64,000 bases of DNA, taken from positions 1,408,001 through 1,472,000 of the forward strand of contig OZ242186.1 in NCBI GenBank assembly GCA_965205675.1. The letters are read 5' to 3'. Position 1 is the stretch's first letter. Each line of letters begins with the position of its first letter. The position numbers and the translations under genes were made by a program. Below the pieces are notes generated by a model that worked only from the letters and a program-made list of their open reading frames with translations, made no database searches and was not told the origin of the DNA. This DNA is from Nitrosopumilus sp. GTDB lineage: Archaea; Thermoproteota; Nitrososphaeria; Nitrososphaerales; Nitrosopumilaceae. Positions 53,190-64,000 of the stretch are shown in pieces.

Positions 53190-53756
53190 TTGATGGAAAA
53201 AATAATGGAATATCTTACAACATATCCCAAAACAGTGTCATTTTTTGATGGAATAAAACACAAGATTGACGTTGATAGTAAAAACGGCGTAGAGCAACTC
53301 CACATTGTTGTAAAAAAAAGTTTTGAAGAGTTGACAAAAATTTTTGCAGCCGAAGGATTTACCAAAGTTAAACTTGAACATAAACAACCAGATCAAATTG
53401 GAAGTGGCCTTAATCTAAAATTAAAAAAACCTTGGGAAATGCACATCAGGATGGTGGATTTGAAAAAAGAATTAATCGGAATTCATGCAGAAGTAGAAGT
53501 GTCTAGAGATTACCTGCAACATTTGTTTTCTCAGAGAACACCAGTAGTTTATGAAGTAGAAGAGATTTTAAAAAAATACCAAATAGACTACAATATTTGG
53601 CATGACAAAATTAAGAAAAATGTTCATACAATAGTAGATAATTACAAAGTTAAACTTGCCACACCGAGTATTCCAGTATTTGCATGGAAACCAATGTTAT
53701 TTGTTATTGGCACCATTGCAGCATTTTATGGTTGGAAATATTTTAACACAATCTGA
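53190..53756 (+). CDS. Hypothetical protein with C-terminal TM
   Basis: 188-aa ORF. Confidence 0.7.
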   Translation: MMEKIMEYLTTYPKTVSFFDGIKHKIDVDSKNGVEQLHIVVKKSFEELTKIFAAEGFTKVKLEHKQPDQIGSGLNLKLKKPWEMHIRMVDLKKELIGIHAEVEVSRDYLQHLFSQRTPVVYEVEEILKKYQIDYNIWHDKIKKNVHTIVDNYKVKLATPSIPVFAWKPMLFVIGTIAAFYGWKYFNTI

Positions 53757-53764
53757 CAGACAGG

Positions 53765-54118
53765 TTAAACACCTAGAGATTCAGCTTTACTTAGTTCCAA
53801 AAAGACTTTATCTCCTACTGAGAGTCCCATCTCCTTGTATTCATGCATTTCAAGTTTTAGTTGAGTAACTCCAGACGGCATTCCTGCTCCACCCATACCC
53901 GACATCATCTTGTTTAGGTCTTTCATCATATCATTCATGTTTGAGAATCCCATTACTTTTGGAGTTCCAAAAGGAGGTTGTTGAGGATTATGAGTCTCTT
54001 CTTTCAAATCCTTTAGTGAGGATAATGAAATTACAACATATGGCGCCCCATCAGGTGCAGAATCAATGCTTTTTACTACAAATTCTTTCTTCATGGCTAA
54101 ACTTGTATCTAATTCCAT
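53765..54118 (-). CDS. Hypothetical OB-fold-like protein
   Basis: 117-aa ORF ending EYKEMGLSVGDKVFLEL. Confidence 0.7.
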   Translation of the reverse strand: MELDTSLAMKKEFVVKSIDSAPDGAPYVVISLSSLKDLKEETHNPQQPPFGTPKVMGFSNMNDMMKDLNKMMSGMGGAGMPSGVTQLKLEMHEYKEMGLSVGDKVFLELSKAESLGV

Positions 54119-54198
54119 ATAATTTTAATTTTAAGGTCAATTTGCACTATATTTGACTAGTTTGAAGCTTTAATTACGATTTTTGGGATTTTAAGTCA

Positions 54199-54732
54199 TT
54201 GTCAGAGAATGTAAAAACAACATTACAATATTATGGAATTTCACCATGGGAGATTGAAGTAATATACGGATTTCTAAACTCACATTTTACCATAATTCAA
54301 GAAGAAATAGAAGTAAATGATGAAAATTTTGTTAGTTTCTTAGATATCGATATTCCATTACAATTCAACGAAGAGTTTTTCCAATGGTTTGATTTTAAGC
54401 GTTGGGAGAAAGTCAAGGCAGTTTTCAAAGAAATGAAACGACGACGTGGTAGTGGAAATGCATTAAAGATTGTAATTAATTTTTCGGGAAACCCAAAAAT
54501 TATTTTTACCATAGATATTGAAGATAAACAATGGTTTGATAATGCATTAGAAAAAATGGATTTTGTTTTAGAATTATTACCATATCATTTAGATCCCAAA
54601 AAAATTCCAAGAGATATTTCTGAAATCAGATACAAATTTGATGCAGAATCAATTAGATGGCGTATAAACACAGCTTTATCTGAGAACAAAAAATACACAT
54701 TCAGCGGAGATTCATGGAATGAAATTACTTGA
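54199..54732 (+). CDS. Hypothetical protein
   Basis: 177-aa ORF. Confidence 0.7.
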   Translation: MSENVKTTLQYYGISPWEIEVIYGFLNSHFTIIQEEIEVNDENFVSFLDIDIPLQFNEEFFQWFDFKRWEKVKAVFKEMKRRRGSGNALKIVINFSGNPKIIFTIDIEDKQWFDNALEKMDFVLELLPYHLDPKKIPRDISEIRYKFDAESIRWRINTALSENKKYTFSGDSWNEIT

Positions 54733-55165
54733 GATCTTTTTGCAAGGGTTTCAACAATTTACAATGTTCTTTATACTTTGATTTTAAAAACTCTAAAGCA
54801 TCAACAAGTTTTTTAGATTTTCCATACTTGTATCGAATTAATTCACGATGGTGCCAAAAAAAATTATTTTCATCAACAGATAATGTGGTAAAATAATCAG
54901 CACCTTTCAGAGAATCTGGCAATTTTATATCATGAGGAAATAGCAATTCTACAATAAACCATTCATCTCCATCAGGATAATCAGAACCAGTCTCTACATC
55001 AAAAAATACATGCAGTAAATCCGATTGCATGAGACCATCATCATGAATAAAAGGATGTTTGACATATGATTTTTTAAAATCTAGATTAAGTAATTGAGGT
55101 TCAAAGAAACCCTTGATAATGGATTTTCTAAATATTTTATTTGCTTCATTAACATTCAAATCCAA
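54725..55165 (-). CDS. Hypothetical protein
   Basis: 146-aa ORF. Confidence 0.65.
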   Translation of the reverse strand: MDLNVNEANKIFRKSIIKGFFEPQLLNLDFKKSYVKHPFIHDDGLMQSDLLHVFFDVETGSDYPDGDEWFIVELLFPHDIKLPDSLKGADYFTTLSVDENNFFWHHRELIRYKYGKSKKLVDALEFLKSKYKEHCKLLKPLQKDLK

Positions 55166-55355
55166 AATAGTATTCTACAAAACTTGCCTATAACTTATTA
55201 GGTTATACTAGGATGGCCACTAATTCTTTGAAGGTAATCTAAGAGCAATGCCTTAGATAAGACACATTTGATATTGATTGAAGTAGTTGAGGCAATCTTT
55301 GTTTATAGATTTTATCTATGAATGTCTCACCTTCCTGAATTTTTATAGATTTTAT

Positions 55356-55864
55356 GAGACTTGGCATAATTAATTCTCATTTTTGATTAGTTTCTCAAAT
55401 TATTCAAATCAAAAAAGCTAAGGATCTTTACAATATTGTTTCATTGCAACATGAATACAAAATCCTCAGGCAAGGTATTCTCAGAGTCATTTCTTATTGG
55501 TGTGTTGCATTTGATAGAAACATTATCTCTGTATGAGGATGCAATGAGAAGATGACTGACCACAGGTCCATCCAACTGTTCTGATTTTATGCAGAGAAGA
55601 GTTATGATGCCAAATACATTAGAAATTATTTAAGATACAATGGAATTAGATGTTGTATTTCATACAAAAAAAATTCCAAATTTATTGTACCAGAAAATAT
55701 GCAAAATGACAAGACGAGATTTGTAGTAAAACGATTCTTCTTTGCATGATTGAAAAATGGATTTCATGGAACACGGATTCAATACGAAAGAAATGCAGAA
55801 AACTATTTGGGATTAATCAACATTGCATCATTTTTGATGTATTGCAGGGTTTTAAGATGAGTTG
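55356..55864 (+). mobile_element. Composite of decayed IS remnants (left end shared with 24498, plus IS5 transposase C-terminus)
   Basis: Repeat match to 24498-24729; degenerate SYDAKYIRNYL..RFVV..YERNAENYLGLINIAS. Confidence 0.7.
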
Positions 55865-55979
55865 ATCATGTGTTGTGTACATACTACAGTACATCAAAAC
55901 TCCGAAATTCTATCTTTCAATGATACAAGTCAAACTTGCATTCAATGCATTTTCTAATTTTTAAAACATAAGACATAAA

Positions 55980-56471
55980 CTAGAATCCTATGTCAAAATC
56001 AAATCCCCCGTCATCCATCCCTGGGTCTTCTGTATCAGGCATACTTTCTGCTGGAACATAATCGGACATTGTCATTCCCATCATGCTAAACATCATTGAA
56101 AACATCATCATATCCATTATGCCAAAAAACATCATAGCTGGAAGAAATGATTTGCTGTCTTCCATCTTTTGTTTTAATTTCTCTTTGTCTCCTGTTTTGT
56201 ATACTAGTGACATTTGTTCCCATTTTGTTTGTAATTCACGAATTCTTTCATCTACTTCTATGTCTCCTTTTTCTGTAGATGTGATTTCTACTTTCATTCC
56301 AAACAATCCTTTTCTTTCCAGAGCTTGGATGAATCCTTTTTTTTCTAATTGATCTAAAATTGAATTTAATTCATCCGGGGGGATCTGTGTTATTTTCTGA
56401 ATCTTATCAAATTTTTTAGATCCTCGCTTAATTGCCCCTAATACGATAAGATCTTTTGGTTCGGATTCCAC
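55980..56471 (-). CDS. Winged-helix DNA-binding protein with Met-rich hydrophobic tail
   Basis: LNSILDQLEKKGFI..TEKG wHTH pattern. Confidence 0.75.
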   Translation of the reverse strand: MESEPKDLIVLGAIKRGSKKFDKIQKITQIPPDELNSILDQLEKKGFIQALERKGLFGMKVEITSTEKGDIEVDERIRELQTKWEQMSLVYKTGDKEKLKQKMEDSKSFLPAMMFFGIMDMMMFSMMFSMMGMTMSDYVPAESMPDTEDPGMDDGGFDFDIGF

Positions 56472-56544
56472 ATTTTTTTACTATTTTTCTTAGTAAAAAA
56501 TTTTTTGTTTATCAAAATTCAAAAATTATATTCTGCATGATTAT

Positions 56545-56967
56545 TTGTTTTGTATGGTACAAGAGATATCTTCTGATCAGGAAATTCGGAATATCCTCTC
56601 TGAAAACAGAGCAGCTACTGTGGGAGTATCTAAAGATTCATCAAAAACTGCTCATTGCATACCAAAATACTTTGAGGGCAATGGATCTGATATAACTCCT
56701 GTAAACCTTACTGCTAATGAAATTTTAGGCACAAATTGTTTTGATTCTATTTCTGAAATTAAAAGTCATATTGGTGTTGATGCATTCAGACATTTTGATC
56801 AGATTTTGTCTGTTATTGTTAAAGCAATAAAGAAAAGACCCAAAGTCATTGGTCTACAAGAAGAAAATCACAACATCGAAACTGAGAATTTAGCGCATCA
56901 AACGATAATCAAAATTATTTTCAATCGACGTATGCTAACAGAATATCAGGGATTTTTATCATCATGA
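56545..56967 (+). CDS. CoA-binding (YccU-like) protein, possibly degenerate
   Basis: TVGVSKDSSKTAH.IPKY..ITPVN..EILG; several consensus residues altered. Confidence 0.65.
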   Translation: MFCMVQEISSDQEIRNILSENRAATVGVSKDSSKTAHCIPKYFEGNGSDITPVNLTANEILGTNCFDSISEIKSHIGVDAFRHFDQILSVIVKAIKKRPKVIGLQEENHNIETENLAHQTIIKIIFNRRMLTEYQGFLSS

Positions 56968-57329
56968 CTGATTTTGAAAATTTTTATCATGATTTGTTAG
57001 CTCTTACAAAAAAACATGAAGATCAAAACGTGCCTTTAAAAATTGAGAAAGATCTTGAACATGACATAATCAAGATATTTGGAGAGAAAATTACTTCTTT
57101 ATCTAGAGCTCAAAACGGTCTTAATGATGTAACTGAACTCGCATATGCTACTGCAGAACATCATCCTTTTTGGAATTTGATTTACAACTGTTCGGAAATT
57201 ACAAATACTGTTCTAGAGAAATGGGAAGATTCTCTGTCTGAAGAGGATTTTTCTGATATTCGATGGGCAATTCAGGAATTAAATCAAACTCTTGAAAAAA
57301 TTAAGAATAAAAAATCCATCTATTCTTAG
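56964..57329 (+). CDS. Hypothetical protein
   Basis: 121-aa ORF overlapping the upstream stop (ATGA). Confidence 0.7.
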   Translation: MTDFENFYHDLLALTKKHEDQNVPLKIEKDLEHDIIKIFGEKITSLSRAQNGLNDVTELAYATAEHHPFWNLIYNCSEITNTVLEKWEDSLSEEDFSDIRWAIQELNQTLEKIKNKKSIYS

Positions 57330-57884
57330 GCTGAGATGAATATTCTACATGAATCATTATTGAACTCATCCTGATAATCTCCAATACATTATGATTGATA
57401 ACAAGTAAATAAATCCCAAATAATTCTTACAGTTCTTTTCATATCTGATGCTTGTTCTGCAAAATCCATTCTTCAGCAACCCAAAGAATCATTCCACAAC
57501 ATATTGAATTGTATTTCTTGCAGGATTTGGTTTCTAATGATTCACTATCCTTTCTAAATGAAATGCAATCTTTAATGTTTTTATTTTTGGTTCTGTCGGG
57601 TTATAGAGACCTGAAAAATATTTTTTTATTCTAATAAATTAGGTGATTAGACATATTCTATAGCGACGATCAAAAGTTCGTGAACTAAATAATTCCAAAA
57701 CAAGGACATAATTTGAACAGAGGAATCACATATGAATGGTCATCATTAGTAAATCGCATAAAACAGGTTGGAATTTTGGATTTTCTTTTCAAGTTTTAGA
57801 AATATTGGTATAGAAGCAGAGAGTCCAAGAACTGTAAAGAGAATGCTTTGCTGTTAGAGAATATTCTAGCCTAATATTTTATTT

Positions 57885-58790
57885 GGTGATTGGGTAAATC
57901 TTACCCCTAGATTATTATGGAATATTTTATGACAAATATACATGGATTTTGTATCTTTTGCAAAAATAATCTATGATGATATAACATCTCTAAAATTTAT
58001 AGAATCATGATGCTCTAAGAATGTTATTTGTAAGTTCTGCAACAGCAAACAAATCTATATCATGAAAAGTAGAAACCAATTGCGATGTAAAACCTGCAAG
58101 AAAGATTTCAAACCATTTACAAATTCAAATTTTTCAGTACTCAAAATCTCACATTCAAAATGGTTAGCGTTAATCAAACTCTTTGAATTATCAGTATCTG
58201 CAAAGACTGCATCAGAACAGATGCATCTAAGTTACAAGACAACTCTAAAAGCATTTGATGCAATCAGATATTCCATCTTAGCAGAACTAGCAAAGACTGA
58301 TCGTGTATTGAAAGGCAAAATTGAGGCTGACGAGGTACTATTTTGGAGGAAAAAGAGAGGGAAATCGTGGCAGAGGTGCTAAAAACAAGACCATTGTATT
58401 TGGCATATTGGAGAGAAGAGGAAAAGTGCATGTTGAGATTATCACCAATGTAAAAGCTAAGACATTGCTTGCAGGAACAATCAAGAAAGTAAAAAAAGGA
58501 AGCATTGTGTATGCGGACAAGTGGAGAGGTTATGATTCTCTGATTTTTAATGGATACAAGCATTTGTCCATTGACCACAGCAAGATGTTTGGCAAAGGAG
58601 ATGTATACATCAATGGGATTGAAGGGTTTTGGAGTTTTGCTAAAGAGAATATGGCAAAGTATCATGGAGTCAGTCCAGGTAAATTTTTACTATACCTCAA
58701 AGAGATGGAATGGAGATACAACAACGGAGATGAAGATACTTTCTCAGTATTACTTGATTATATGTTGGGGGTAAATAATTGATAATCACC
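57885..58790 (+). mobile_element. IS1595-family element, frameshifted transposase
   Basis: Imperfect IRs GGTGATT-N10-TACCCC; Zn ribbon, EADE.YFGG..GRGA, YADKWRGY, INGIEGFWS, EMEWRYN (ORFs 58062..58382 and 58321..58782). Confidence 0.88.
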
Positions 58791-58833
58791 TAAAATTTTA
58801 TTTTTGTAAATCATCACAAGTCTCAAAATATCA

Positions 58834-61800
58834 TCATTTTGCAATTCTAATGACGCGCTCTTCTATGAGAGTCTCAATGAGTTCGGTGAATTCCATATCA
58901 GTGAGATTGCCATCAGTGTAGTTACCTACATCATTAAGCAGCCACTGTGGATAGGTATCGATATCTTGCAGGCTTTTTGATTTTTCCCAGTCCTCATAGA
59001 CAATATAGTGGTTATCAATTAGATAGTCAATGGAATTAAAGAAGAATATGTCACGTGCAGGACTTCCATTCCACAATTTTAGATCAGACTTTATCCACAA
59101 AGGTATAGGATCAGTATTTTTTTGAACAGTCTTATCTGCTATGGGTCTTGGATCATCTTCTATTGCATTTAGAATATCAAGTGAACTCTGCTGTTCGCTA
59201 GTATACCCTGTACGATGATGGTATTTCTTTTCAACAAAGTCGTCACTTAGCGTTATGGTCTGAGTAAATGTGTCTCGTTTGTCTTTTGCTGTAACTGCAA
59301 AAGAGTCTGCATCAGAATTAATTGTGGCAGAGTATACGAGGTGCTGTTTCTCTGCTTCATTTGCAGAGGACTGTGGTGACTGCTCAGATGTCAGAGACAA
59401 TGCTGCCAGGTGCACGCCTGCATCAGTGCTGACAGAGACAGATGCTGGTCCGCATGTAGAGAGCAGTTCCACATTGACAGTGCTAGTTTCCCTGTCATAT
59501 CCTATACTGAATATTCGAAGCGAGATGCCCATTCCAAATCCCTTAGAGTCACAACTGGATTTGTTGATATCTTTGTGTAAGAATTCAGCGTGGGACTCTT
59601 CAGATACTGCCACGTTGATTCTGCCGCTACCGCCGCTAGAGGATGTGGGGGGTGGGGGAAGAGTGCCAGTACTAGTAATGAGGTTATTCTCTGAGGATAT
59701 AATGTTATTTTGTGCAGTGTCTCGTATGGCACCTGCTGCAATATCCAGATGCAAGTCATCACTGTTACTATTAGCGATGTAAGAGATTATCTCTTCTCGC
59801 TGCTGCTCAGTTACAGTTATTTCAAGTGTATCAGAGTTGGGACTAGCATGTATGGCACCAGCAAGGGATACAGACATGCTGCTACCTGTAGTGCCAGATA
59901 TTGTAAAGCTATCCACGGTGATATTATCAGGGTCTATTGTTTCTGAAAAGGTTACAGTTAGCAGACCTGTTACTTTGTGTATGACACCTGAGACAAAGGT
60001 TGGCTCAATCTGATCATCGACCATTTCAAGTGGGTTGTCTTCTGATGCTGCAATGCCATTTTCTGAAGTATCCTGTACGGCACCTTCTGCAATGTCTAGA
60101 TGCAGGTTATCACTAGTACCGGTGTAACCTATTACTCGCTGTCGTTGTTGCTCATTTAGAGTTATTGTAATGGTATGAGCAGAAATAGGGTCGATGGCAG
60201 ATGCTGTACCTGCAAGGGATACAGGTATGCTGTTACCTACAGTGTCAGATATTGTAAAGTTACCTACTATGATACTATCAGGGGATATTGTCTCTGAGAA
60301 ATTTACAGTCAGTACACCTGTGCCCTCTTGTACTACAGCAGAGACAAAGGTTGGCAGAATTGTATCACCAACACTTGTAATAGGATCATCTTCAGAAGCT
60401 GCAACATCATTTTCTGAAGTGTCCTGTACGGCGCCTTCTGCAATGTCTAGATGCAAGTTTGTGTCATTGTTATTAACAGTACCAGTGTAAGCTATTACTT
60501 GCTGTCGTTGTGTTTCAGTCAGAGTTATTGTAAGAGTATCAGTAGAGGTAGAATCAATGTCGGGTGTTGCACCTGCAAGGGACACTGGTGGTAGTGCGTT
60601 GCCAGTTACAGTATCAGATATTGTAAAGCTATCCACTGTAACATCAGAGTCAATTGCCTCTGAGAAGGTTACAGAGAGTACACCTGTGCCCTCTTGTACT
60701 ACAGCAGAAACAAATGTTGGCAGAATTGTATCAACAACCATTGTAATCTCGTTATCCACAGAAGCTGCAATGTTATTCTGTACAGTGTCTCGCACGGCAC
60801 CTGCTGCAATGTCAAGATGCAAGTTACCACCAGTGCCGGTGTAACCTATTACTTGCTGTCGCTGTGCCTCAGTCAGGGTTATTGTAATGGTGTCAGGGGA
60901 GCCAGGGTCAACGGCGGTCGCTAGACCTGCAAGGGATACGGGTGGTGATGCGTTGCTAGATATGGTATCAGATATTGTAAATCCGTCCACTGTGATATGA
61001 CTAGGGTCAATTGTCTCTGAGAAATTTACAGTCAGTACACCTGTGCCCTCTTGCATCACACCAGAGACAAATGTTGGCAGAATTGTATCAACAACCATTG
61101 TAATCTCGTTATCCACAGAAGCTGCAATGTTATTCTGTACAGTGTCTCGCACGGCACCTGCTGCAATGTCAAGATGCAAGTTACCACCAGTGCCGGTGTA
61201 ACCTATTACTTGCTGTCGCTGTGCCTCAGTCAGGGTTATTGTAATGGTGTCAGGGGAGCCAGGGTCAACGGCGGTCGCTAGACCTGCAAGGGATACGGGT
61301 GGTGATGCGTTGCTAGATATGGTATCAGATATTGTAAATCCGTTCACTGTGATATGACTAGGGTCAATTGTCTCTGAGAAATTTACAGTCAGTACACCTG
61401 TGCCCTCTTGCATCACACCAGAGACAAATGTTGGCAGAATTGTATCAACAACCATTGTAATCTCGTTATCCACAGAAGCTACAATGTTATTCTGTGCAGT
61501 GTCTCGCACGGCACCTGCTGCAATGTCAAGATGCAAGTTACCACCAGTGCCGGTGTAACCTATTACTTGCTGTCGCTGTGCCTCAGTCAGGGTTATTGTA
61601 ATGGTGTCAGGGGAGCCAGGGTCAACGGCGGTCGCTAGACCTGCAAGGGATACGGGTGGTGATGCGTTGCTAGATATGGTATCAGATATTGTAAATCCGT
61701 CCACTGTGATATGACTAGGGTCAATTGTCTCTGAGAAATTTACAGTCAGTACACCTGTGCCCTCTTGCATCACACCAGAGACAAATGTTGGCGGGATTGC

Positions 61801-64000
61801 ATCATTAGTTCTTATAATAAGATTATCCTCAGAAGCTGCAATGTTATTCTGTACAGTGTCTCGCACGGCACCTGCTGCAATGTCAAGATGCAATGAACCG
61901 GTATAAGGTAATATTAGCTGTCGCTGTGCCTCAGTCAGGGTTATTGTAAGGGTATCAGGAGCGCCAAAAATAATGGCGGGCGTTGCACCTGCAAGGGATA
62001 CGGAGAGACGTGCCTCAATGCCGCTCTCCAAATCATCAGTTATTGTAAATCTTTCCACCATGATATTACTAGGGTCAATTGTCTCTGAGAAGGTTACAAA
62101 GAGGACGCCTGCGCCCTCTTGTAGCACACCAAAGACAAATGTTGGCAGAATTGTATCAACAACCATTGTAATCTCGTTATCCACAGAAGCTGCAATGTTA
62201 TTCTGTACAGTGTCTCGCACGGCACCTGCTGCAATGTCAAGATGCAAGTTACCACCAGTGCCGGTGTAACCTATTACTTGCTGTCGCTGTGCCTCAGTCA
62301 GGGTTATTGTAATGGTGTCAGGGGAGCCAGGGTCAACGGCGGTCGCTAGACCTGCAAGGGATACGGGTGGTGATGCGTTGCTAGATATGGTATCAGATAT
62401 TGTAAATCTTTCCACCATGATATTACTAGGGTCAATTGTCTCTGAGAAATTTACAGTCAGTACACCTGTGCCCTCTTGCATCACACCAGAGACAAATGTT
62501 GGCAGAATTGTATCAACAACCATTGTAATCTCGTTATCCACAGAAGCTACAATGTTATTCTGTGCAGTGTCTCGCACGGCACCTGCTGCAATGTCAAGAT
62601 GCAAGTTACCACCAGTGCCGGTGTAACCTATTACTTGCTGTCGCTGTGCCTCAGTCAGGGTTATTGTAATGGTGTCAGGGGAGCCAGGGTCAACGGCGGT
62701 CGCTAGACCTGCAAGGGATACGGGTGGTGATGCGTTGCTAGATATGGTATCAGATATTGTAAATCCGTTCACTGTGATATGACTAGGGTCAATTGTCTCT
62801 GAGAAATTTACAGTCAGTACACCTGTGCCCTCTTGCATCACACCAGAGACAAATGTTGGCAGAATTGTATCAACAACCATTGTAATCTCGTTATCCACAG
62901 AAGCTGCAATGTTATTCTGTACAGTGTCTCGCACGGCACCTGCTGCAATGTCAAGATGCAAGTTACCACCAGTGCCGGTGTAACCTATTACTTGCTGTCG
63001 CTGTGCCTCAGTCAGGGTTATTGTAATGGTGTCAGGGGAGCCAGGGTCAACGGCGGTCGCTAGACCTGCAAGGGATACGGGTGGTGATGCGTTGCTAGAT
63101 ATGGTATCAGATATTGTAAATCTTTCCACCATGATATTACTAGGGTCAATTGTCTCTGAGAAATTTACAGTCAGTACACCTGTGCCCTCTTGCATCACAC
63201 CAGAGACAAATGTTGGCAGAATTGTATCAACAACCATTGTAATCTCGTTATCCACAGAAGCTACAATGTTATTCTGTGCAGTGTCTCGCACGGCACCTGC
63301 TGCAATGTCAAGATGCAAGTTACCACCAGTGCCGGTGTAACCTATTACTTGCTGTCGCTGTGCCTCAGTCAGGGTTATTGTAATGGTGTCAGGGGAGCCA
63401 GGGTCAACGGCGGTCGCTAGACCTGCAAGGGATACGGGTGGTGATGCGTTGCTAGATATGGTATCAGATATTGTAAATCCGTTCACTGTGATATGACTAG
63501 GGTCAATTGTCTCTGAGAAATTTACAGTCAGTACACCTGTGCCCTCTTGCATCACACCAGAGACAAATGTTGGAGCTGTAGTGTCAAGGGTTACAGTAAC
63601 AGGATCAGAGAGTGCAGACTTATTACCTGCGGTATCAGTAGCTATAACAGTCAATTCGTTATTGCCTTGGACTAGCGTAAATGAGTCAAATGACCAAGTA
63701 CCGTCAGATGCAGCTGTTGTGCTTCTACCAGGTACTTCATTAGAGTTTCTTAATAACTGGACTGTGGAGCCAGGCTCAGCAGTACCTGAAATGTCAATTG
63801 ACTCTGTGTTGACAGTTGAAGTAGATGGCGACGTAATGATTGGTATAATATTCACAGCTACGGAGATGGTCTGAGATACAGTACTTTGTCCATCAGATAC
63901 AATAACATCAAAGGTGTGTGTACCGGCTTGTAATTCAGTTGGAGTCCATGAGAATGCGCCTGTGTTACTATTGATGGTAGCACCTTCAGGTTCATCATTC
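58834..64000 (-). CDS. Giant cell-surface protein with Ig-like/cadherin-like domains and 11 tandem ~119-aa repeats; 5' end lies beyond the window
   Basis: Frame stays open from 63855 to the window edge (PEGATINSNTGAFSWTP..VSDG); Ig-like ISGTAEPGSTV..ATDTAGN; C-terminal IPLWIK..W / YPQWLLN..FTELIETLIEERVI thaumarchaeal-type anchor repeats. Confidence 0.9.
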   Translation of the reverse strand, partial: NDEPEGATINSNTGAFSWTPTELQAGTHTFDVIVSDGQSTVSQTISVAVNIIPIITSPSTSTVNTESIDISGTAEPGSTVQLLRNSNEVPGRSTTAASDGTWSFDSFTLVQGNNELTVIATDTAGNKSALSDPVTVTLDTTAPTFVSGVMQEGTGVLTVNFSETIDPSHITVNGFTISDTISSNASPPVSLAGLATAVDPGSPDTITITLTEAQRQQVIGYTGTGGNLHLDIAAGAVRDTAQNNIVASVDNEITMVVDTILPTFVSGVMQEGTGVLTVNFSETIDPSNIMVERFTISDTISSNASPPVSLAGLATAVDPGSPDTITITLTEAQRQQVIGYTGTGGNLHLDIAAGAVRDTVQNNIAASVDNEITMVVDTILPTFVSGVMQEGTGVLTVNFSETIDPSHITVNGFTISDTISSNASPPVSLAGLATAVDPGSPDTITITLTEAQRQQVIGYTGTGGNLHLDIAAGAVRDTAQNNIVASVDNEITMVVDTILPTFVSGVMQEGTGVLTVNFSETIDPSNIMVERFTISDTISSNASPPVSLAGLATAVDPGSPDTITITLTEAQRQQVIGYTGTGGNLHLDIAAGAVRDTVQNNIAASVDNEITMVVDTILPTFVFGVLQEGAGVLFVTFSETIDPSNIMVERFTITDDLESGIEARLSVSLAGATPAIIFGAPDTLTITLTEAQRQLILPYTGSLHLDIAAGAVRDTVQNNIAASEDNLIIRTNDAIPPTFVSGVMQEGTGVLTVNFSETIDPSHITVDGFTISDTISSNASPPVSLAGLATAVDPGSPDTITITLTEAQRQQVIGYTGTGGNLHLDIAAGAVRDTAQNNIVASVDNEITMVVDTILPTFVSGVMQEGTGVLTVNFSETIDPSHITVNGFTISDTISSNASPPVSLAGLATAVDPGSPDTITITLTEAQRQQVIGYTGTGGNLHLDIAAGAVRDTVQNNIAASVDNEITMVVDTILPTFVSGVMQEGTGVLTVNFSETIDPSHITVDGFTISDTISSNASPPVSLAGLATAVDPGSPDTITITLTEAQRQQVIGYTGTGGNLHLDIAAGAVRDTVQNNIAASVDNEITMVVDTILPTFVSAVVQEGTGVLSVTFSEAIDSDVTVDSFTISDTVTGNALPPVSLAGATPDIDSTSTDTLTITLTETQRQQVIAYTGTVNNNDTNLHLDIAEGAVQDTSENDVAASEDDPITSVGDTILPTFVSAVVQEGTGVLTVNFSETISPDSIIVGNFTISDTVGNSIPVSLAGTASAIDPISAHTITITLNEQQRQRVIGYTGTSDNLHLDIAEGAVQDTSENGIAASEDNPLEMVDDQIEPTFVSGVIHKVTGLLTVTFSETIDPDNITVDSFTISGTTGSSMSVSLAGAIHASPNSDTLEITVTEQQREEIISYIANSNSDDLHLDIAAGAIRDTAQNNIISSENNLITSTGTLPPPPTSSSGGSGRINVAVSEESHAEFLHKDINKSSCDSKGFGMGISLRIFSIGYDRETSTVNVELLSTCGPASVSVSTDAGVHLAALSLTSEQSPQSSANEAEKQHLVYSATINSDADSFAVTAKDKRDTFTQTITLSDDFVEKKYHHRTGYTSEQQSSLDILNAIEDDPRPIADKTVQKNTDPIPLWIKSDLKLWNGSPARDIFFFNSIDYLIDNHYIVYEDWEKSKSLQDIDTYPQWLLNDVGNYTDGNLTDMEFTELIETLIEERVIRIAK
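59690..63572 (-). repeat. 357-bp tandem coding repeats (11 units, most near-identical)
   Basis: Identical blocks recur every 357 bp (e.g. shadow ORFs at 60694/61051/61408 and 62476/62833/63190). Confidence 0.95.

Noticed and set aside
59690-63572. Diversity-generating retroelement TR/VR pair
   Set aside because: No reverse transcriptase in the window and differences between repeats are block-like rather than adenine-specific
59270-63874. Repeated plus-strand ORFs (76-170 aa)
   Set aside because: Antisense shadows of the repeat protein on the minus strand

Overview
AT-rich archaeal genome segment whose core genes (exosome operon, rpoD-rpl18e-rpl13-rps9, cofE, CxxC-x17-CxxC protein, thaumarchaeal-type C-terminal surface domain) point to an ammonia-oxidising Nitrosopumilus-like thaumarchaeon. 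The heavy IS load suggests host association, but that is inference. 1-31 kb is an IS-riddled defence/accessory island (IS3, IS66, IS110, several IS630, IS5). At its centre is an apparently intact DNA phosphorothioation (PT) cluster dndBCDEA, with a PbeABCD-like antiviral module in an unusual split and convergent layout, an extra nuclease-like/DGQHR fusion gene and an AbrB-type regulator. DndC carries a Cys4 insertion, and a perfect 25-bp palindrome covers the dndB promoter. The island also holds HNH, Fic/Doc and HicBA modules, two secreted-protein plus small-membrane-protein pairs, and two families of short dispersed motifs that may be recombination sites. 31-57 kb is mostly core genome, broken by an IS66 and a DUF262/HNH-like remnant. 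The window ends inside a giant surface protein with 11 tandem ~119-aa repeats. No rRNA, tRNA or CRISPR array was recognised. All calls come from motif reading without database searches.
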